Part shown: in pieces, positions 1 through 14,515 of the stretch
How positions within the stretch are numbered: position 1 is the first letter of the stretch
Layout of the letters: each line of letters begins with the position of its first letter
Source: a virus
Direction: 5' to 3' (one strand)
Length of the DNA: 64,000 bases
Virus record (IMG/VR): IMGVR_UViG_3300027844_002282
Position numbers and translations under genes: made by a program
The notes under the pieces: generated by a model
The model's input: only the letters and a program-made list of their open reading frames with translations
What the model was told of the DNA's origin: nothing
The model's database searches: none

Positions 1-3000
1 AGATCAACGGTCGCAGCCCTCTTCATCATCTTATCAAAGACCATGGTTGCTGCGAACTTCTTCGCTTCCTGTTTGCAAGAACCGCACTTTCTCTTCATTG
101 GATCAATTGACCAAGCGATTTGCAACTTACTTTCTGTTGGACTATCAACATTAATCATCATTGTCTTCTCAGTCTCGGTCTTGCACTTGGAGCAAGCAAT
201 CGTGAGTTCGGATGGATGTCCCTGAACCTGAACCTCTCCGCTTCCGCATGCTGGGCAAATATGTCCAACTTCCTTCTGCATATCAGCGATCTTCTTCATG
301 GAACCTCTATCAATATCAATCATTGCCGCAACTGGCATCTCTGGCGCTGATGGCGCTTCAAGATCAAGTTCTGACTCGTCATCTTCGGCGACCGACTCTG
401 GATTCAACAATTCTATGTTTACGTGATACAAGTACTTGATTCCGCAAGAGTTACAGTCGAACTGTCCCGGTTGCTGATCCTTGTTTCCGGTCTCGGTATC
501 GGTTGATCCACAGACTGGGCAAATCGTTCCCGGTTCCATCTGCTCATCGTCACCAGGAAGCTCTTCTTCATCCGTAAACGACTGGAGGCCAGCGCCTTCT
601 TCTGGAACGGTATCTGGAGTTAATCCAATAGATGGATCTACGCCACCGCCACTTTCATCCGGGAGGGCTCCGCCTGATCCAGCGCCGGGGTCGCCGCCGC
701 CAAACTGAGCAACCTTCTTCTCACCCTTCGTTGATGTAAAAGCACCAAGTCCGGTTGATAATTCAGGGGTTTCTGGACCGCCTTCGCCGAAATCGCCCAG
801 TGGAGCAGCGTCTTCTGGCATCGGACCTTCATCGGCCAAGCCATCGGCCAACTCTATTGGCTCTTCAATCGCACCTTCGTTTTCTACAGGGATCTCAACC
901 GATCCGCCTTCTGTGTCAACTGCGATAATAACATCGCCGGTATCACCATCAACTGTTACATTGACAACGGCGGCGACCTTGACTCCAAGATGGGCGAACG
1001 CGCCATGCGCAAAGCATGAGGCAGCAGCCTTGACAATGTTGTCATTGCCACGACTTGCTTCTGGGACACCAATTTCTTTGAACGAGGTTTCAATAATATG
1101 ACTTGAGGTTTTAACGGCCTTCCTTTCTAGCGCGGCTGTCAATATATCAACGTCTTCCTTGACTGAGGCTTCCTTGTCGTCAGAGCAGGAGCATTCGCAT
1201 CCAGCACTTTCGCAATCGGTGCATTCCTTGCATTCCTTGTCTTTACACTTGAAACAGAAACCGGAAGCTTTCTTGCATGCGCATTCGCATCCAGCGCTTT
1301 CGCATGTTACACATTCCTTACACTCTTCATTTTCGCACTTCTCGCAGCAATCTGAGGCTTCCGTAATCATGGAATCAAGCTCGCTGTTCATGTCGTCTTC
1401 AAGACTCGCTTCTACAACTTCACCGCTTTCTATAATTTCTTCAACTCGGCCTGAAACGATTGCGTCGGAGTGATCGTTGGCCTTAACCACGGCAAATGCC
1501 TTAAGCAACATATCGGGATTAAGCTTTTGTGTCTTGGAGGCGTTTGCTGCAAAGGCTATAATCATCTGCTTAATTTGTGGGTCTGTTGCGGAAGAAGCAG
1601 TAACACCTTTCTGTGCCCAATAAGCTACCCTTTCGTTGAAATTATCAACTGCTGGAACTTCGCCCGAATAAACGGAGATGTCATTGACAAGTGATGCCTG
1701 GTTATCTAATGAAAGCAACGCGAAAGATCCCGCTGTTTTAATAACCTTGCTTGGGGTTGACTGAGAACTTACAACTGTCTTCGCAATAACGTCAACAGCA
1801 GCCTTGATGTGATCCTGATGACTTGCCCATCGAGTAGACGGAGTGTCAACCTTAGGATGGCTCAAAAGATCTTCAATGATCGTATTCGGCTCATTGTTTG
1901 TTCTTTCAGTTTCAAGCTGTGCTTGGGTTGTCTGTTCTACAGCATCACCCTCGCGAGTTGGTTCTAACTGATTCTGGCCAACGGTATTTGGGGCGTCATC
2001 TGTTCTGACAGACTCAAGTAGCCCCTGTTCAATTTCGTTTGGATTACCCTCATGGAAATCCGCGAGTTGCTTACCAATGACGTCTTCTCTGACATCGCCC
2101 TCTCTTGGGTGATGCTTGACACCGTCGCTAAGTTGCTTCTCTGTTACAGCAAGAGGCGTTTGTTTCGCCTTCGCTTCTATAATGTTTGACATATCTCTAC
2201 CTCCGACTTGTTCGATATTTTTGTCACTTAAAGTTACTTCGCCTGCAAGACTTTCTTTCATTGTATTACTAATTTTTTCTACTTTTTCCTGCCAGTTTGT
2301 CTCTAATGCGCTAGTTATTTTTTCCCTCTCCTTCATATTATTAGCTGGGGTTCGTCTCATATTCGTATTTTCCTCTATTGTTGATGCCCCTTTTGAACGC
2401 GGTGATACGGGCTTTTTAACCCCACCGAGTCCCATGCTTGGAGACGGTCTTGTTTTATCCTTAAATTTACCTGGAGCGGATGGCGCAGCGGCAAGTGGTG
2501 ACCCATCGGCCCCGCTTACCTCTCCGGCTCCACCCAAGGATTGTTGATCTGAAATTGGTCGGTCTCCAGGAAGTCCGCCGACTCCGGCGGCTGGTAACGG
2601 CGGCAAGCCAGCGTCACCCATTCCTTCAGCACCTGGCATTCTAGGATCTGCGGCCTCATCAGGAACGTTTCCTGGGATCTCATCTGGCAATCTGCCAAAT
2701 CCAGCCTGTACAAGAGCGTCTACATATTCTTGAAGGTCTGCCAAAATAGATACTAAATCAGATGAGAATTGCATTTCAATGTTTTCTCTCTGTCCGATTA
2801 GCTTGATCGCAATATCCTCAAGAGTGGACAAGACTTCATTCAGTCTCTCAATATCCTGCTCTGAAGCTTCTTTCTTAAACGTATCGCTTGACGCAAAAAC
2901 CATTAGCTTGTTTGAGAAATTACAAATTGATGAAGCTGCCTTTGTGAAGTCTTCGTTATTATAGATGGCTCCAATCTGACATGATGGGCAGGCCGGGTCT

Positions 3001-3683
3001 ACAACTCCACTTAATTCAATAAATCTTATTCCGAAGTTGTCTTCGTAAACCGCCGCTTCCTTATAGTCTCTGGTTTGTCCGGTTTTAACATCGGTAGCTC
3101 TTCCTGTGAATTTTCTACCCTTAAGGTTTCTAATATGTGCGCAATAATCATCTTGGGAGATGGCCTGGTTACTACAAATGGAGCATGTGCTATATTCAAC
3201 GCTGCATCCCATCGATACGCCAGTGACATACTCTTGCTCAATCCCGCGAGCTAACGGGGCATAAGCGTCTCGATCAACGAACGCAATAACATAAATCGCC
3301 TGTTGCTCTTCGCTCCATTCGGCAAAAACAATTTTACCCTTGGCTTTTTCAACGTCGTCGTTTTGATGGTTTGTGAAAAAAGGAACCCCAACAAATGTCT
3401 GTGTGGATTTCTTTAGCTCGTCTGCGCTGAAGAAGTCTCCGTTATTGTTGGGGATGTCTGCCTCGATTGCTCTTGCTTTGAAGAACAAAGCATTTGGTCG
3501 CTTAGCAATCTCTTGTTTTAGTACTGAATCAGCCTCTGAAGAACCATCTATATCCTTTGAGGAAGCGGTTTTAATATTTTCACTTCCAACCTTGCACTCT
3601 CTAACTTCTGAAAAGTCAAAACTTGCTATTTTTCTAATCCCAGATGGCTTGTGGCCACACTCGGAATCGCTTAAATTTTGCAT
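1..3683 (-). CDS. Prohead protease-scaffold fusion, 3'-truncated by the window edge (>1227 aa)
   Basis: Absent from the ORF track, probably because it has no stop in the window; frame checked at several points. ATG 3683 after AGAGGAA. MQNLSD...ARAIEADIPNNNGDFF...FTNHQND...VTGVSMGCSVEYSTCSICSNQA...YCAHI...FIELSGVVDPAC is typical of large-phage prohead proteases; followed by repeats and CxxC Zn ribbons. Confidence 0.8.
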   Translation of the reverse strand, partial: MQNLSDSECGHKPSGIRKIASFDFSEVRECKVGSENIKTASSKDIDGSSEADSVLKQEIAKRPNALFFKARAIEADIPNNNGDFFSADELKKSTQTFVGVPFFTNHQNDDVEKAKGKIVFAEWSEEQQAIYVIAFVDRDAYAPLARGIEQEYVTGVSMGCSVEYSTCSICSNQAISQDDYCAHIRNLKGRKFTGRATDVKTGQTRDYKEAAVYEDNFGIRFIELSGVVDPACPSCQIGAIYNNEDFTKAASSICNFSNKLMVFASSDTFKKEASEQDIERLNEVLSTLEDIAIKLIGQRENIEMQFSSDLVSILADLQEYVDALVQAGFGRLPDEIPGNVPDEAADPRMPGAEGMGDAGLPPLPAAGVGGLPGDRPISDQQSLGGAGEVSGADGSPLAAAPSAPGKFKDKTRPSPSMGLGGVKKPVSPRSKGASTIEENTNMRRTPANNMKEREKITSALETNWQEKVEKISNTMKESLAGEVTLSDKNIEQVGGRDMSNIIEAKAKQTPLAVTEKQLSDGVKHHPREGDVREDVIGKQLADFHEGNPNEIEQGLLESVRTDDAPNTVGQNQLEPTREGDAVEQTTQAQLETERTNNEPNTIIEDLLSHPKVDTPSTRWASHQDHIKAAVDVIAKTVVSSQSTPSKVIKTAGSFALLSLDNQASLVNDISVYSGEVPAVDNFNERVAYWAQKGVTASSATDPQIKQMIIAFAANASKTQKLNPDMLLKAFAVVKANDHSDAIVSGRVEEIIESGEVVEASLEDDMNSELDSMITEASDCCEKCENEECKECVTCESAGCECACKKASGFCFKCKDKECKECTDCESAGCECSCSDDKEASVKEDVDILTAALERKAVKTSSHIIETSFKEIGVPEASRGNDNIVKAAASCFAHGAFAHLGVKVAAVVNVTVDGDTGDVIIAVDTEGGSVEIPVENEGAIEEPIELADGLADEGPMPEDAAPLGDFGEGGPETPELSTGLGAFTSTKGEKKVAQFGGGDPGAGSGGALPDESGGGVDPSIGLTPDTVPEEGAGLQSFTDEEELPGDDEQMEPGTICPVCGSTDTETGNKDQQPGQFDCNSCGIKYLYHVNIELLNPESVAEDDESELDLEAPSAPEMPVAAMIDIDRGSMKKIADMQKEVGHICPACGSGEVQVQGHPSELTIACSKCKTETEKTMMINVDSPTESKLQIAWSIDPMKRKCGSCKQEAKKFAATMVFDKMMKRAATVD

Positions 3684-3703
3684 TGCATTTCCTCTATTTT
3701 AAG

Positions 3704-8482
<4,779 letters not shown>

Positions 8483-8490
8483 TCAAGTTA

Positions 8491-10773
8491 TTACTTTTTG
8501 TCAGGTATACTATTTTTACGCTTTTCCTCTAGCTTTTTCCTTTGTTCGGTGATCCAGCGCTCTCTTTTTCCTATCTCGTTCATGATCCTGGTCATCACAC
8601 CACCGATGTTACTTTCGATTTCTTCTTCTCCAAATCTAATTATTACCCAACCTTTATTATTTAATTTCTGATCTCTCTTCTTATCTCGCTCTATATTCTC
8701 TGGAGAGCCGTGGAATGTAGTTCCATCACACTCTACTCCAAGCTTAATATCTGGGAACGCAACGTCAATCATAACCGGTCTTCCACCAGTATGCACTTCG
8801 TATGAAGGGGATACGTTATATGTTATCTTCCCACTTCTCTGATGGTTCTCAATAGCTTTGATAACCGCCCTCTCAATAGAAGTAAGCATTATTCTTCCCA
8901 TTCTATCTCTCATGAACCCATCACCACCAACCCCGCTGGGGGATTGAACGTTATGCTCTCTCTTTGATTGTTCTTTATCAACCTTTTCTCTATCTCTATC
9001 AAGCTTTTCTCTGGTTTTGTCAGTTAATATCTTTCCGCCGTATTGTCCAGGGTCCGCCTGTGAGGTTACTTTAATCGATTTAGACGACGCTAAGCCCATT
9101 GGGGCGGCGTCGCCCGGGTCTCCCATGCCTCCGCCCATTTCTCCGCCCATTAAGTCACCACCGCCTGGTTCTCCCATGCCTCCGCCAAGGTCTAAGCCAC
9201 CGCCACCGCCTCCCAGGCCGCCACCCATGTCCATTCCACCCATGCCGCCCTCTTCACCAGCAGCCTGTCCCGGTGGTTGTTCAGCCATCGCTTCAATTCT
9301 TTCCCATCTCATCTGCTCGAATTCAGTGTCTGGATCGATATCGAACTCTGTCAATACTCTTGTGGCACTAATAAGTCCCTTGTCGAACAACTGTAAAATC
9401 ATTTGTCTTTCTTGCTGTCTGTCTCTAAGATTTAAGCTTCCCCATTTTATCTTCGGATAAATCCATTCGTCTTCGCCCCATTCATTGGTCTTTCTAAAGC
9501 CCTTCATCTTAGAAATCGGCAAGTAGATCTCTTCTTCGATCCATCTTTTTAACTCAAGTCTCCACGACTCAAGTCTCTTAATCATTATTTCCGCACCCAT
9601 AGCTGCGCTTGAGTATGTCGGACCTTCACCAGTAATCAACTGCTTGTTAAGACCGAAACCGTCCATAATTTCCTGATTGATGAACTCGTACTCTCCCTGA
9701 ATAGGAAGAACTTGACCATTTGCTCCAACCCAATCGAGTTCGAATGCATGATGAGTAACGATAACCATGTTAGGATCGTTAGATGCCGCCTGTAGCTGCC
9801 CTTGTACGGCAGTAATGTCCGCTTCGCTCGCTGGACGTTCCTCAGTACCGACTTTGACGACCTTGATAGGAAGGATCAGTCTTTCTGCCACGATCCATTG
9901 GGCGGTCATGATCTTCGTCTTATAACTCAAGATCGGGAAAAGTCTTCTGGTCATCGAGATCCCGTATCTTCTATAGCCAGACTCGCCAAATTTCAAATGA
10001 CTTACATTTCTGCTATCTAATGGAATTGGTCTTCCTTGAGCAATAAAATCTTTCACTTCTTTTGACAGCTTATCTGTACCTGGGCCACTCTTAATAACAA
10101 GATCTCGCAATTCATCATCTGGAACGTATGTGATAACGTCTTCTGGTGAAATCGAGTTTGAGAAAACCTCAACAAAGTCGGGATTTAGGATTAGGAGCCT
10201 CTTGAACGTTCCACCTTCATGCTCGCAGATTTCATCTCCAATCCTACCGCTTCCACCGCAATGGTCGCATTCTATTTCTTTGAACGGAAAACAATCTCCC
10301 ATCAAATGGACTTCATGACTAATGAGTCGAGCCCACTTGTCAATGTTTAGTTTCTTGTTAACCTCTTCATCAAAGAAGTGTTTAATGTATCTATCTGAAC
10401 ATTCTGTCTCGAAAGTCGTAATAGGGAACTTGCTGTAAAAATCAATAGCGGTCGCGACACGGGGCTCGTTCTCGTACCAATAGCGACACCACATATATAT
10501 TTCTCGGCGGCGTGATGGGATCTGCCAGTTGATTGGCGTATATACAGGAGAAAAGAACTGTGGCTGACCATAAGAGATTCCAGCTGTCGTCTGCTTTGTT
10601 TTCCTATTGTAACTACCAAAGTTAGAATGGGAAACCGTTGCGGCAGAATAATCCCTTGGTGTCTGTGTTGCTTGTGGCGCTTGCCCGAACGTTGTATTCG
10701 GGCTCGCCTCTAATCGTTCACCCCTCTTAAGACTGTTGAAGTGCTTTTCGAGATCGGCTACTACCATTTCCAT
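8491..10773 (-). CDS. Portal protein with Gly/Met linker and C-terminal DUF559/Vsr-like endonuclease domain
   Basis: WCRYWYENEPRVATAIDFY, LNPDFV, HLKFGES..YGIS, P.KVVKVG portal-like segments; C-terminus IDVAFPDIKLGVECDG..FH...DKKRDQKL..KGWVIIRF. Confidence 0.8.
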   Translation of the reverse strand: MEMVVADLEKHFNSLKRGERLEASPNTTFGQAPQATQTPRDYSAATVSHSNFGSYNRKTKQTTAGISYGQPQFFSPVYTPINWQIPSRRREIYMWCRYWYENEPRVATAIDFYSKFPITTFETECSDRYIKHFFDEEVNKKLNIDKWARLISHEVHLMGDCFPFKEIECDHCGGSGRIGDEICEHEGGTFKRLLILNPDFVEVFSNSISPEDVITYVPDDELRDLVIKSGPGTDKLSKEVKDFIAQGRPIPLDSRNVSHLKFGESGYRRYGISMTRRLFPILSYKTKIMTAQWIVAERLILPIKVVKVGTEERPASEADITAVQGQLQAASNDPNMVIVTHHAFELDWVGANGQVLPIQGEYEFINQEIMDGFGLNKQLITGEGPTYSSAAMGAEIMIKRLESWRLELKRWIEEEIYLPISKMKGFRKTNEWGEDEWIYPKIKWGSLNLRDRQQERQMILQLFDKGLISATRVLTEFDIDPDTEFEQMRWERIEAMAEQPPGQAAGEEGGMGGMDMGGGLGGGGGGLDLGGGMGEPGGGDLMGGEMGGGMGDPGDAAPMGLASSKSIKVTSQADPGQYGGKILTDKTREKLDRDREKVDKEQSKREHNVQSPSGVGGDGFMRDRMGRIMLTSIERAVIKAIENHQRSGKITYNVSPSYEVHTGGRPVMIDVAFPDIKLGVECDGTTFHGSPENIERDKKRDQKLNNKGWVIIRFGEEEIESNIGGVMTRIMNEIGKRERWITEQRKKLEEKRKNSIPDKK

Positions 10774-10794
10774 ATGAGCCCTCTTCTATTTTTA

Positions 10795-11589
10795 TTATTC
10801 GATTAAGCCAACTTCTTTACATGTATTCACGAGAGAACCGCCCCCTTCTTCCACGGTTTCCTTCTGAAGACCAGTAGCATCCTCATCGGTCCCTGGAACA
10901 TCGTTCTTCTTTGAACATGGGAGACACTTTTCATGGCGATTCTTCCTACGCCTTCTTCTACTTCTCGATACATCAGCATATTTCTTTGTTATCTCTGTGG
11001 ACTCCGAAGCGATTGCTTCTAACATAATTACTTTGTTGACAGGTATATTATACGCCGAACTTATATCAACGAGATCACTGTTCTCCAATTCTCCTATGTC
11101 AGTCAAATATGCAATCCTCTCGAAAGCTCTCGCCATAGATAGTTTCTTATTGTCAAAAGACTCTGTCAATGCTTTCTTCTTTTTCTTTGTCTTTTTATGA
11201 AGAGATCTTCTATCATCGTCACTCAAAATCATACCTTCGGTAATGCCGAGAGCCAATTCATCAGTGTCGGTCGCTTGATGGAAAGCGACCTTTTCCCCTC
11301 TGCTCTCTGATAATCTCGCTTCTGTAGAATACTCTTGAGGCCTTGGCGTTGAAGTTCTAAAATCAACATTTCTTCTCATGTCGTTTCCGGCAGTGTCGAT
11401 CTCTGTGTCATAAATTTCGTCTGGAATAACTCCCCTATCGGAGATCTTGGCTTTTGAATACCAACTAATACGGTCTTCGGTTGTAACCTCTGCTTCGCCC
11501 ATTTCGAGGACTTCTATACCGCCATCGCGATTAACCCTCTCAACACCACTGGCGTTGGCCCTTCCTCCAATTGATCTATATGCGTTCAT
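10795..11589 (-). CDS. Hypothetical head-region protein
   Basis: 264-aa ORF with GGAGG RBS; SWYSKAK and EKVAF motifs. Confidence 0.7.
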   Translation of the reverse strand: MNAYRSIGGRANASGVERVNRDGGIEVLEMGEAEVTTEDRISWYSKAKISDRGVIPDEIYDTEIDTAGNDMRRNVDFRTSTPRPQEYSTEARLSESRGEKVAFHQATDTDELALGITEGMILSDDDRRSLHKKTKKKKKALTESFDNKKLSMARAFERIAYLTDIGELENSDLVDISSAYNIPVNKVIMLEAIASESTEITKKYADVSRSRRRRRKNRHEKCLPCSKKNDVPGTDEDATGLQKETVEEGGGSLVNTCKEVGLIE

Positions 11590-11598
11590 GATTGCCTC

Positions 11599-11829
11599 CT
11601 AAACAATTCCTATTTTATCTTCAAGAAAGTCGAAAAGAGAATTGACATCTTCAAAAGCTCTGTCATAAGTCGAACCTTCAGATATCAAAGTGCAAGAGTC
11701 TTTAATGTCTTGTGTTAGATCTTCCCCCGTAGCCGCCTGAACGGACCTTGAAAGCCCGCCAATTGCCTTGCCAACATCATTGTTGACAAAGGTGAAAAGA
11801 TCATACTGGTTAACAAAAAAGCATCCCAC
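11599..11829 (-). CDS. Hypothetical protein
   Basis: 76 aa, GTG start coupled to the upstream stop. Confidence 0.55.
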   Translation of the reverse strand: MGCFFVNQYDLFTFVNNDVGKAIGGLSRSVQAATGEDLTQDIKDSCTLISEGSTYDRAFEDVNSLFDFLEDKIGIV

Positions 11830-12791
11830 TATTTTATCTTCTCCATTTCATCTTGTAAGCAATTAAAAAATAAATCCGAAACTAGTGGAGTCTTACTTGA
11901 CTTGACGGTGTCCCAACTTCTATCGTCTTTCTTTCCACGCTGAATAGCCTCTCTTCTGGAGGTGGTCTTATCAGCAAGGTGCTCGCCCGCCGTCTTTTCA
12001 GGAATAGACTCGTTGTTGTCTTTATCATCAAACATAGAGTGCTGCCCTTGCCCTATAGATCCATGTTGCTGCCCATGACCGGCACCTGTCAACTTTACTC
12101 CATCCTTGGCAATAATGCCAGGGTCTGGCAAGTTAGCTAACGTTTCCCTTTCCCATTCAGACTTGTCAAAAGCGATCTCCTTTCTTCTCGCCTCATTAGC
12201 CTCTCTAAGCTGAGCTACCGTAAGACTCTGATCAGGGGCTTTAATCTCTGGGTCTGCAATTGAGTTTTCGCCAGGTCTTACTCCAACAACTCTTTGCTCT
12301 TCGTAAGTCTCTCTTCCGTCAAGTCTGCCAACGGACCCGGCCTGTGATGGTTTGCCACTAATAGGCATCTTCTGAGAAGGTGTTACCTTATTCCAATCTT
12401 CATTTTTCTCAAAAGAAGATTCTGATGCGAACCCTTCTAATATTCCAAATGGATCTGGGGCCTCGGAGGCGTCTACTTCTGCCACCTTCACCTCTCTTTC
12501 GTTAGCGGATAAAGCGATCTCTTCTTTCGAGACTCCGATAACATCCTCGTCTCTCAAACCGCACAGTGATGCGTATTCTTTTAGCTCGCCCTGATTCTTG
12601 CTTGAAGAGTCAAAATAAAACGGCTTGCCATCTTTGGAACAAGCTTCTATTTTAGTTCTCGCGTCCACCAAATCATCATCGCTATTAACGATAACCGCAG
12701 AAGACACGTCATCTCCAATGTTTATAACAGCGGCGTTTGTCATCCAATCGGCCACTGATCCTTCAGAGTTTTTATTAAGTGGAATTGCCAT
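11829..12791 (-). CDS. Hypothetical head-region protein
   Basis: 320-aa ORF with AGGAG RBS, downstream of a late-promoter motif. Confidence 0.7.
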   Translation of the reverse strand: MAIPLNKNSEGSVADWMTNAAVINIGDDVSSAVIVNSDDDLVDARTKIEACSKDGKPFYFDSSSKNQGELKEYASLCGLRDEDVIGVSKEEIALSANEREVKVAEVDASEAPDPFGILEGFASESSFEKNEDWNKVTPSQKMPISGKPSQAGSVGRLDGRETYEEQRVVGVRPGENSIADPEIKAPDQSLTVAQLREANEARRKEIAFDKSEWERETLANLPDPGIIAKDGVKLTGAGHGQQHGSIGQGQHSMFDDKDNNESIPEKTAGEHLADKTTSRREAIQRGKKDDRSWDTVKSSKTPLVSDLFFNCLQDEMEKIK

Positions 12792-12880
12792 TTAGTCTCT
12801 CCTGTTTTAATTTCCTGGCTATTACTATGGTTGAATAAGCCATTAAAAAATCTTGTAAATCTATTATACCACGGGTTAAA

Positions 12881-12908
12881 CTACAATTTTTTTTAGTTGT
12901 TTCCCTTT
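12881..12908 (-). promoter_or_regulatory. Putative phage late promoter AAAGG-N18-TGTAG
   Basis: Matches a motif recurring before many genes (see findings). Confidence 0.5.
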
Positions 12909-12916
12909 ATACAGAC

Positions 12917-12950
12917 AAAAAAAAGGACCAGGTTTCCCTGGCCCTTTTTT
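12917..12950 (-). terminator. Intrinsic terminator, possibly bidirectional
   Basis: Minus strand GGGCCAGG-GAAA-CCTGGTCC followed by T8. Confidence 0.8.
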
Positions 12951-12969
12951 CATATCATTCTTGGAATAA

Positions 12970-13641
12970 TTACTTATATTCCTTGAGCATCATACCAACC
13001 CACTCAGAGTCATAACCTAAAGTCTTAACCCAATAGGACTTCAACTTCTTTTTATTAGCTGGGGATAGTGTCGCGATTTTAACAAACCTTTCGCTACTCG
13101 CTTCAACAGACGCTGTTTCATCAGAGTACACACCCGCTTCCGCTTCTGGCTCTTCAATCTCTACGACGACCGCTGAATCGCCAGGCTCATCAATGTCGAT
13201 AGCGTCTTCTTCAACAGAAACCGGAACTTCCGCTATTTCATCGTCGCCTTCAACCGTTGCTCCAGCATCGGTCAACGCCTCGGCTGCGTTATCAAGGATG
13301 TCCTGCGCGTCCGCAACCGCTTCGGCTGCTTCGTCAAGGGGATCTCCGCCAAGTTCGGCATCATCGAGATCGTCAATGTCGTCGCCTTCACCGCCAATCT
13401 CGTCTGAAATAGGCGCGTCTTCCAACCCTGGTTCTCCATCGACAACCACTGCCTCTTCAACAGCCACGTCTTCCGGCGGCTCGACCTCAAAAGAAAACTG
13501 TGCAAGCTTTCTTAAATCGTCCGTAGACATAGCGTCAACGCCGATCTTCTCTATATTATCTTCTGTTGAAACAACCTCTTCACCAGGAACGTTATCGGTC
13601 CAGGATCTGTTCTTTCCGCCAGCTGAAAAAATCTTACTCAT
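12970..13641 (-). CDS. Acidic hypothetical head-associated protein
   Basis: Likely start MSKIFS after GGAGGG; very acidic; RKLAQF and VKIAT motifs. Confidence 0.7.
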   Translation of the reverse strand: MSKIFSAGGKNRSWTDNVPGEEVVSTEDNIEKIGVDAMSTDDLRKLAQFSFEVEPPEDVAVEEAVVVDGEPGLEDAPISDEIGGEGDDIDDLDDAELGGDPLDEAAEAVADAQDILDNAAEALTDAGATVEGDDEIAEVPVSVEEDAIDIDEPGDSAVVVEIEEPEAEAGVYSDETASVEASSERFVKIATLSPANKKKLKSYWVKTLGYDSEWVGMMLKEYK

Positions 13642-13705
13642 ATTAATCCCTCCATTAGATTGCAATTAATTATTGATTCAAAATCAAACCAACATTAATT
13701 CCCCT

Positions 13706-13733
13706 ATTCTTAAATGCTCAACGATTTCCCTCT
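13706..13733 (-). promoter_or_regulatory. Putative late promoter AGAGG-N18-AGAAT
   Basis: Recurrent motif. Confidence 0.55.
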
Positions 13734-13755
13734 ATAAAGAGAGAATAATTTCTAT

Positions 13756-14514
13756 CTACTGAACTTCCACAATGCCGTTTTCATAAACGGTAGCAAAATA
13801 ACCAACGAAGTTTACACCATCTATATCATAGTCTGAAGACGAATTGATCGTTTCGTCAATGGTTAAATCTATAGGGCTTTCTTCCTCTAAAGTATATTCT
13901 GTATCGTGAATATACAAAAGACTCCATTCACTTGATAAATTAAGCTCTGAAATCGTATTTAGAGGTGTTATATGAAGATTCGCCACATCATCAGAATAAA
14001 TAAAGTTTGAAACGCCGTCTTCTGTCCAAACTTGAGACCCCTTAGATTCATAAAATCCTGGAGACGTGACTGTTACAGATGCTATTCCGGTAAACAAAGA
14101 CAGTTCTTCTCCGTCGAGGTTTATATCTGATAGGATAAGCCCTCCACCACCCCCAACAAAAGATAAAATGTTGGCCCTAATGAGAGGGGAGAGATTGTTG
14201 TCTATCCCAAAAAACAACACCGCGTCGAAACCCTGAATATATTCAAGTGTTGAGAGATCTTCGATAGCCCCTCTCGTAACATTTATATCATCTACATTAT
14301 CTACGATACCGACACTTCCATCATCTACGCCATCCACTATCACTAATGCATTTATTACCCCCTCGTCGCTTATTGATGATGCGAACTGGAAGCACCTCTC
14401 CACCAATGATGGCGGAAAAGAGGCGTTGTCTGTATTAATATTTGCAAATCGGCTGCAAATTAACAGAATATTACCTTGCTGATAGTCTAATGATGATATA
14501 ATTGAAAATTTCAT
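13756..14514 (-). CDS. Hypothetical structural protein
   Basis: Likely start MKFSII; last gene of a tightly packed tail-type block. Confidence 0.6.
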   Translation of the reverse strand: MKFSIISSLDYQQGNILLICSRFANINTDNASFPPSLVERCFQFASSISDEGVINALVIVDGVDDGSVGIVDNVDDINVTRGAIEDLSTLEYIQGFDAVLFFGIDNNLSPLIRANILSFVGGGGGLILSDINLDGEELSLFTGIASVTVTSPGFYESKGSQVWTEDGVSNFIYSDDVANLHITPLNTISELNLSSEWSLLYIHDTEYTLEEESPIDLTIDETINSSSDYDIDGVNFVGYFATVYENGIVEVQ

Positions 14515-14515
14515 G

